Assembly: GCA_002245135.1 (NCBI GenBank)
Contig: NGBS01000605.1
Coordinates: 62,001 to 125,447, forward strand
Source: Proteromonas lacertae
Lineage: Eukaryota
DNA length: 63,447 nucleotides
Direction of reading: 5' to 3'
Shown here: piece after piece, positions 55,801-63,447 of the stretch
How the letters are laid out: each line of letters opens with the position of its first letter
Position numbering within the stretch: position 1 is the stretch's first letter
The notes under the pieces: generated by a model
What the model was told of the DNA's origin: nothing
The model's database searches: none
Seen by the model: only the letters and a program-made list of their open reading frames with translations
Program-made: the position numbers and the translations under genes

Positions 55801-58800
55801 CAAAAATGTGAAGATAATTTAAATGGAAATATAGAATCATTAGATTCATGTTGTAATGACAGATTAAAATTGTTTATCCCTAATCAAAAAGCATATGAAA
55901 GTTATAGATTAGAAATATTGAAAGTGTATGATTTTGATTATGATTTTGGTGAATTTATTCAATTTCGATTATTTGTGTTAAATGTGAAACCATTACAAAT
56001 ATGTGATAAAAATGGAATTGCTCCAACAATGTTTGAAGGAGCTATGTACAAAAGAGATTGTTTAAATAGTGGATATGAATTAATGATGTGTAATGATAAA
56101 GGAGAATGGATAGTTACCGAATCTAAATCATGTGAAGAGAAAATATATTATCTATCAACATATCCATATTCAACAAAGAGTATAACATTCGAAAGTAATA
56201 TAAAATCATTATCTCAATATTTTCAATATTTAAGTTATTCAAATAAAACTTTGACTTTGAGAAGTAATAATTCTGAAGAATTCATAAAGAAAATAATTAT
56301 TACATTAGATAATGATGAAAAATACTTGATATTAGTTAGCATATTAAGAGATAAAGTAAAATGTTCATTTGGTTTTGATGAAATATATTTATTTGAAATG
56401 GAATATCATTTAGTTCTAAAATGTAATATAGAGCCATTTGATGTAGAAATGAAAAATTTACCCGATGGATTATCATATAGTGGAAATGAAATAAATGGTA
56501 TGATAAATGGAAGAATATATTCTGATATTACATCTACTATACATTTCAAAGCAGATAAAGAATATGAAATAGAAATGAAATGGAAATTAGGTGAAAAACT
56601 AAAGAATGGATTAGAGTTTATAAATTTTGCTGAATCTAATCAAGATGGGTTTTATGATGAAGGAACTAATTTTCACAATATTAAATTGAAAAATATTTGG
56701 ACCAAATTTGAAAATGGAACATATAAAATTCAAGAGAAGCAGATAATTACATCATCACATATTACAATATCAAATAGATATTCTTCATGTTTAACTAATT
56801 GGTGGAATCCTTGTCAATTTGGAATAGCTAGAATGAGAGGATATATAAAAATAGATGAAGATGGAGAATATACATTCTCAGGTCAATCTGATGATTATCA
56901 AAAGTTTGCCTTGAAAAACTTTGAAGAAGAATTATATAATACAAAAAACTATCATGATATTGGAACTTATAGAGTTACATTGAAAAAAGGATATTATCCA
57001 ATTGGTTATTTAACATATTATGGTTCAGGTGATAATGATTTTCAAGCTTTTATTCAAAAGACAGGAGAAATAAAAACCAAATTAGATGATAAAATATATA
57101 ACGGTGGTTTTCTACTCACACATTTATCATATGGAGATAGAACATTCTTTTATGAATATAGAATTAGTCGAACAATAATTCCAACATATATAGGATATCC
57201 ATCTGAATGGGAAATGATTCCTCAAATAGCTGGATTATCAATTCGATTAGATGGAGCAATAGCAGGAGTTCCAACAGAATGTGATAATCAATTCCAATCA
57301 ATTGAAATCAAATCAAATGGCTTAATCGATATATCAAAATATTCATTCCAAATAATATGTATTACAAATGATAATATGAATAAAGATAATGGTTTGATAG
57401 TGAAATATTATTATTTACAGAATGTTGACATAAACAATCCAATTGATATATCATCACTTAATAAAGAAAATTTAATAATAGAAAGAATTGAAGAAAATAT
57501 ATATCATGATGAAAATGAAGAAATATGGAATGATTTACCAGTTGAATTAGATTATTCATTTATAGCTGAATATAATGGATATATTCATATTGATTCTTCA
57601 CTGAGTGGAAATGTGAGAATATCATTAGAATGTTATGATTCATGTAAATTGAGATTATTAGATATGACAATAGACTGTATTGGTTCTGGTTATCACAAAC
57701 AATCCACAAATGTAAATTTGAATGAAGGTAATTATGAAATAGAAATAATATATGTAAAAGGTAATAATGATAAAACGAAACTATTAAAAGTGTATTATTC
57801 TAAAGAAGGTTTAAATGATATGATAATAGCTGAATCATTATATTTCTTTAATCCAAAATATCCGTTGTTATATAATCCAATGAAAAGCAAATATTATGAA
57901 AAGAGTGAAATATTAATTAATTCTCCAATGAAATCTACAACATTCAATAAAGATATAACGAATTGTCGATATTCCATAACTCCTTCTCTTCCTATTGGTT
58001 TATTATTAAATGATAATGATGGATCAATAAGTGGTAATTCTGAAATGATTGATGATAATCGAAATTATACAATAAGATTAGAATTAAATGATGGAAGTCA
58101 TTATTATTCTTCATTATCATTATCATTTTTAGCTAAAAATGAACCAATGATTGAATATTCTAGTTATTCAATAGTGAGTGAAATAGGTGAATATATCAAT
58201 ATATCTCCAACCAAAATGAAATGTGATTATATAAATGCGATTGGTTTACCAAATGGTTTTATCATAGATAAAAATGGAATAATTAGTGGAATATCTATAA
58301 ATGAATTTGAGAAGGATATTGAAATTGATTGTTATACATATAAAAAGAAGAGTATAACTATTCATATGAATATAAATAATTGTGAGAATGGGAAAGGATA
58401 TTTCGAATTTCGATATTTGATATATTCCAATCCTGATTTAATCAGTTTCAAAATCAGTTCAATAAATAATGAAGAAAATATAATATTTGAAAATCCAAAT
58501 GATACATTATTAGATATTGATAAAGAATATTCATACTATAAATGTGTTGAATATGGAAAATATAAACTAGATGTGAAGACCGAATCATTGAAAGGTGGTT
58601 TATATAAAATCTTATATGAAAATGGAAATCTATATGAAATGAGAGAATTTCAATTTGATATTTCAACAGAATTTGTAATAAAAGAGAAATATGACAAACC
58701 AATAATTCATTATGGAGATGATAATATATTAAAATTTAATGAGTATGAAAAATCCATATATGCAGATAATATAGAAAATGGTTTTAATATGATAAACATA

Positions 58801-61800
58801 ATTGATGGAAATTTACCAAATACAATTCATTTAGATATTAAAACAGGAATATTTTCAGGAAGTTTATCATCTGATTTTGTTGAAATGAATTTGAGACTAG
58901 AAATAAGAAATACCTTTAATATAGAAAGTAATGAGATTGATATAATTTTAAGATATGAAAAATGTAGTGGAATAGAAGTGAATATGTCACTTTTAGCCAG
59001 TAATTTTTATGGAGATAGAATAGATAATATTTTATGTGAGTTTTATAAAGATCATTATAAATATGAATTATTTCCATCAATAAAGAATGGAATTCAATCT
59101 AAATCAATGTGTTTAGAAGAAGGAAACTATATAGTAAAATTGGGAAGAAACGGTTATTATAACAGAAATGTATGGCAATTTAGTGAATTTGTAATAAATG
59201 TAATTGATGGTGGTGATATATTTCGAGATTATTATCGAGGAGGAGATGTAAGTGTGAATGTGGTGAATATAAATTTGAAGAATTATTTTAAGAATAATGA
59301 TGAATTTAAATACAGTGATGACAATCCTTTGAATTGTGATTGGTTAAAAGGCAAATCATTAGAAAACTGGAAAGATGTAGATGATTCAATAAAATCCTTA
59401 TCTGGAATAACCAAAAGATATTATTTAAAGAAATTCGAATTTAGAGAATCAACATTAGATTTAACCTCATTTTATATAAGAATGAAATATTTTGGAAAAG
59501 TAGTGATGTATATGAATGGAATAGAATTCTATGAAACAAATGAAAATTATGCAAGTCCATTATCAATAGAAGAAGTAGAATACTATAAGATAAGTGGTTC
59601 AATCAGTTTATTAGAAAGAAACAGTCCAAACTATTTAGGAATAATATTAGAAAATGTTAAAAATTACAATGGTAATGACATAATGGAATTAAAAGATATG
59701 ATATTAATATCTGGAATAAATTCTTGTAGTTATTCGATATATGAAGATTATAAAGATGACTATGTTTATGAAAATATTCCCAGTCTTGATGATGGTGAGT
59801 GGTATGAAAGAATATATAATGTTTTTAAACATTTACGAGATGGATCAAAAGCTACATGGTTATATTATAATGAAAATCAATTAATTGAATTTGGAATGAA
59901 ATTTTCAAATTTTGAATCAAAATGGTTTAATGGAATATTAATTAAAACAGGTACACAATATGGCCGTTATGCAATAGATTGGAAATTAAATGGAAGAATA
60001 GATTCAACCAATTTAAGAACATTAATTGATAGAAATGGAGATAATCAAGATACATTTCCTTATCAATATAACTCATTATTATTTTCATCTGAGAATAATA
60101 ATGAAGAATATGTGAGTTATAATGGAATAGAATTAAGTATAAGTAAACACGGAAATTTTGGTTTTGAAACAACACAAATATCTCCATTGATTTGTCAAAA
60201 TTCTTGTTTCAAAGAAGGAGAATGGAATTCAGTTCCAAAAGGTGAATTTGGTAAATTGAACTGTGGTATTGGTACAGATGCTTATAAAACAAGAAGATGT
60301 GGTTATAATTTAGAATGGGAAAATGAAGTTAATGAATGTAAAGATGCTTTATTGAATTTAGAGTCTGAATGGGATTATTCCAATAATATTCTTTCTTCCA
60401 TTTGGACTGATTTAAATTACTATGATGATGATATGAAATGGTATAAATATAAAGTAAATGAATTTCCAATAAAAACATCAATAACAACATATTACAAAAA
60501 TAATTTTATAATTGATAATGATTTAAATAAAGTTGGTAATCCTGAAATATATACAATATATAAAAACGGAATAATAATCTATATAAATGATAAAGAAATT
60601 TATCGAAATAATATGCCTAATGGTACTGTAAATGGAGAGACATATGGATTAGATTCATTTGATAAGATAATATATGAAAGAATGTTAATACCATTAAAAG
60701 TAATTCAAAGTGGTTTAAATACAATAAAAGTCGAAATTCACAAATCGAAGAATAGTACCAAAAATCAAATAGATTCTTTTATATTAACAATATCAAAAAC
60801 TAAGCCAAGTATGTCGATAACAATTTGTCCAAGTAAATTATCATTTCGATCAATGTTTGAAGGAGGTGAATATTATGAAAATTGTGAAGGAAATAGAATT
60901 GGTAGAAAAGTCTCAATCTGTCAAAGTAATGGTGAATGGAGTGAGTTTAATACTGACAATTGTAAAGAATCGTTGATAAATATGAATAGTTTATGGGAAT
61001 ATTCGAATAACAATGAAGAAGAAAATAATTGGAATAATGAATTTAAGAATAAATGGTTAGAATATAAATTCAAAGAATTTCCAATAAAAACAAGTATAAC
61101 AACATATTACCGAAAGATATTTACAATATCTGAATCAATGAGTGATATTGGTAATGTTGAATTAAGAATCAGATACAAAGATGGAATAATAATATATATA
61201 AATGGAAAAGAAATATTCAAACGAAATATGAGAGATGGTAATATTTTATATAATACAAAAGCAATAAAATCCTTTGAAGTGTTAATTGAAGAAAGAATCT
61301 CAATTTCTATGAAATTAATAATGAAAGGAATGAATTATATAGGAATAGAAATTCATAAATCTGAGAATAGTTTATCATCTCAAAAAGATACATTTTATGT
61401 ATCGTTAATCAAAACAGAAAAATTATCATCAAGTGTATTAATAACTGCCAAAGATGATTTTGATTATATATTACAACCAAATGATCCAAAAATTGTAGTT
61501 ATAGAAGAAGAAGGAATAAAAGACTTCGATAATATTGATAGTATAGTAAAATATAGATATTATGGTTATAATTTAAACATATTTCCATTCTCTATAATAT
61601 TTACATTTAAGAATCATGAAGCAAGGTATTTTAATGAATTTAGTATTAGTGGATGTACAAATGATGATTATTCTCACCCCAAAACACATTCGAATCTATG
61701 GATCAACAGATAGTGATAATCCAAATTGGGAATTATTATATGAAAATTTCGATTTAGGATTAACAGAGTATGATATTGATTTAAATAGTTGTAGAACAAT

Positions 61801-63447
61801 CTTTTCATATCCATTACAAGTTATAAAATCATATGAATCAATAAAATTTGAAATAGTCGAAACTAATTATGTTGGAGGTTGGATTCAATTTAGATTATTA
61901 ACGTTTAATTATAATCCTGATTATAGTATTTTAATATATAATGAATTGAACTATACTGATTATAAAAGAATTACTGATTGGTATTTGAATTTCGAAGATA
62001 AAGAAAATTGGATAGAAAGTAATACATTTCCATCAAAATCAGTAATAACAAGATATTATCGAAATATTTTCGAAATATTAAAACTAGAAGATAATGGTCC
62101 TCCATTAATTTCGATTGGTTTTGGTGGTGGAATAATAATATATATAAATGGCAAAGAAATATTTAGAAGAAATCTTGCTCATGATGAAATATCATCAAGT
62201 ACAACAGCTATAAAGAATGAAATAAGAAATGAAGAAATATCAATTCCTTTAACAGTAATTCAAGAAGGAATAAATTATTTAGGAATAGAAATTCATTCTT
62301 ATTCATCAAATCCATCCAATGAAATAGATTTATTTTCATTTTTCTTATATTCAACTACTGCAATTACCAATTCTACTCAAATCTCATTTAATAATACTGT
62401 TGTTTGCGATTATTCAACTCCCTCTGGTAGAAGAGTAAAAAAGTATAAGCGGTATAGAAAATACATTTTCAATTGATAATGGTTATGTTCAGTATTATTT
62501 AGGCTGAAATAGTTAATAACATATCTGAATTGGTTTCCATTTAATATAACATATAAATTTAAAAGACAATAAAGCCAAATACTATAATCAATTTTAGTAT
62601 TAGTGGATGTTCAAATGACTATTATTCTCACCCCAAACACATTCGAATCTATGGATCAACAGATAGTGATAATCCAAACTGGGAATTATTATATGAAAAT
62701 GAAGATTTAAGATTAATTGAATATGGTTGTAATATAAAATCTTCTTATCCATTACCAGTTGAAAAATCATATGAAATATATAAACTAGAAATAGTAACAA
62801 TGAATAATTTCAATGATAGATTGAGTGTTTTTATTCAATTCAAATTATTTGTTGTAAATGTAAACCATATACCAATATGTAAGAAAGATAATAATGAATA
62901 TCCATCTGTATATGCTGGAGGTACATCTATATTAAAATGTGGTTCAGGAATAACATCTCGAAGATGTAATGAAAATGGAGAATGGGAAGAAAGTGAAGAG
63001 TGTTCAACAGTAAAATCACTTGAATATTATCATAACTATTATAATCTAACAGTTGGAATAAAATATACAATAAAACCCAAAACGAAAGGATTTTGTTCAT
63101 CAATTGAGAATTTAGAAATACCAAGTGATAATGGTTTTGAAATGAAAAATGGAGAATTGATAATCAAATTAAAAAAACCAATAGATGAATTTGTTGAAGT
63201 AAAATTTCAATGTGGAATTGATGGATCTACTACAACATTGAGATTTTTGAGTAATGATGGTTATATGTTATATTCTAATTCAAAGATAAATGAAATTAGA
63301 AGTGTTTTGTATAATGATGAAGTGAAAAGTTGTGAAATATCTCCATCATTACCATTTGGAGTTTATTTTAACCCAAATTATTGTATAATCAATGGATATT
63401 TATCCAATGTTGTAAGTGAAATGAAAGAATATAGAATAAGATATCTA
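43881..63447 (+). CDS. Giant secreted multidomain repeat protein (putative-Ig/He_PIG-like, PA14-like, galactose-binding/F5-8-like and Cys modules), >6000 aa, continues beyond window
   Basis: Signal exon MIMLLLMMIG plus intron 43912-43939; LPxGLxxxxxxGxIxG motifs, GYIKIDEDGEYTF, and repeated DGIIIYINGKEIFRRN...IGIEIH. In-frame TAG at 44569-44571, frameshifts near 61681 and 62430-62600. Confidence 0.85.
49690..55448 (+). repeat. Internal direct repeat, copy A (~5.8 kb)
   Basis: Near-identical to 56611-62382 (offset about 6921-6934). Confidence 0.95.
56611..62382 (+). repeat. Internal direct repeat, copy B
   Basis: Starts TTAGAGTTTATAAATTTTGCTGAATCTAATCAAGATGG, as at 49690. Confidence 0.95.
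63010..63447 (+). repeat. Apparently exact copy of 44764-45201, truncated by the window end
   Basis: GTAAAATCACTTGAATATTATCAT...AAGATATCTA matches by eye at offset 18246. Confidence 0.95.

Noticed and set aside
1..63447. Blastocystis-type stop codons created by polyadenylation (downstream TGTTTGTT)
   Set aside because: Every gene end I could trace has a genomic stop, and I did not see the motif just after the ends I checked.
1..63447. Alternative genetic code
   Set aside because: TAA, TAG and TGA all end genes, and apparent internal stops resolve as introns except the single TAG at 44569.

Overview
Very AT-rich, gene-dense eukaryotic DNA with many tiny (mostly 24-45 nt) GTA...TAG introns. 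Tiny introns, a Sig1/mastigoneme-family gene and a giant Ig/PA14 surface protein suggest a stramenopile of the Blastocystis/Proteromonas group (inference). About 20 genes can be rebuilt by hand-splicing: pseudokinase-LRR fusion, hypothetical, MAPKKK, tiny coiled-coil gene, copine, four-repeat CNBD-family channel, hypothetical, mastigoneme-like EGF protein, TCTP, ARM-like, Cys-rich, U1-70K, DENN protein, two coiled-coil proteins, a small hypothetical, a large low-complexity protein, DIX protein, fRMsr, kinesin-14, and a >19.5 kb secreted repeat protein running off the window. Most notable: (1) U12-like introns with non-canonical ends, two AT-AA in copine and one AT-AG in kinesin; (2) a single-chain four-domain channel with an asymmetric GFGD/GYGD/DIGD/GIGD filter; (3) a giant adhesin-like gene with nested 6.9 kb and 18.2 kb duplications that differ mainly in short replaced patches. 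No rRNA, tRNA, CRISPR or transposon was recognised. All splicing is inferred from sequence alone.
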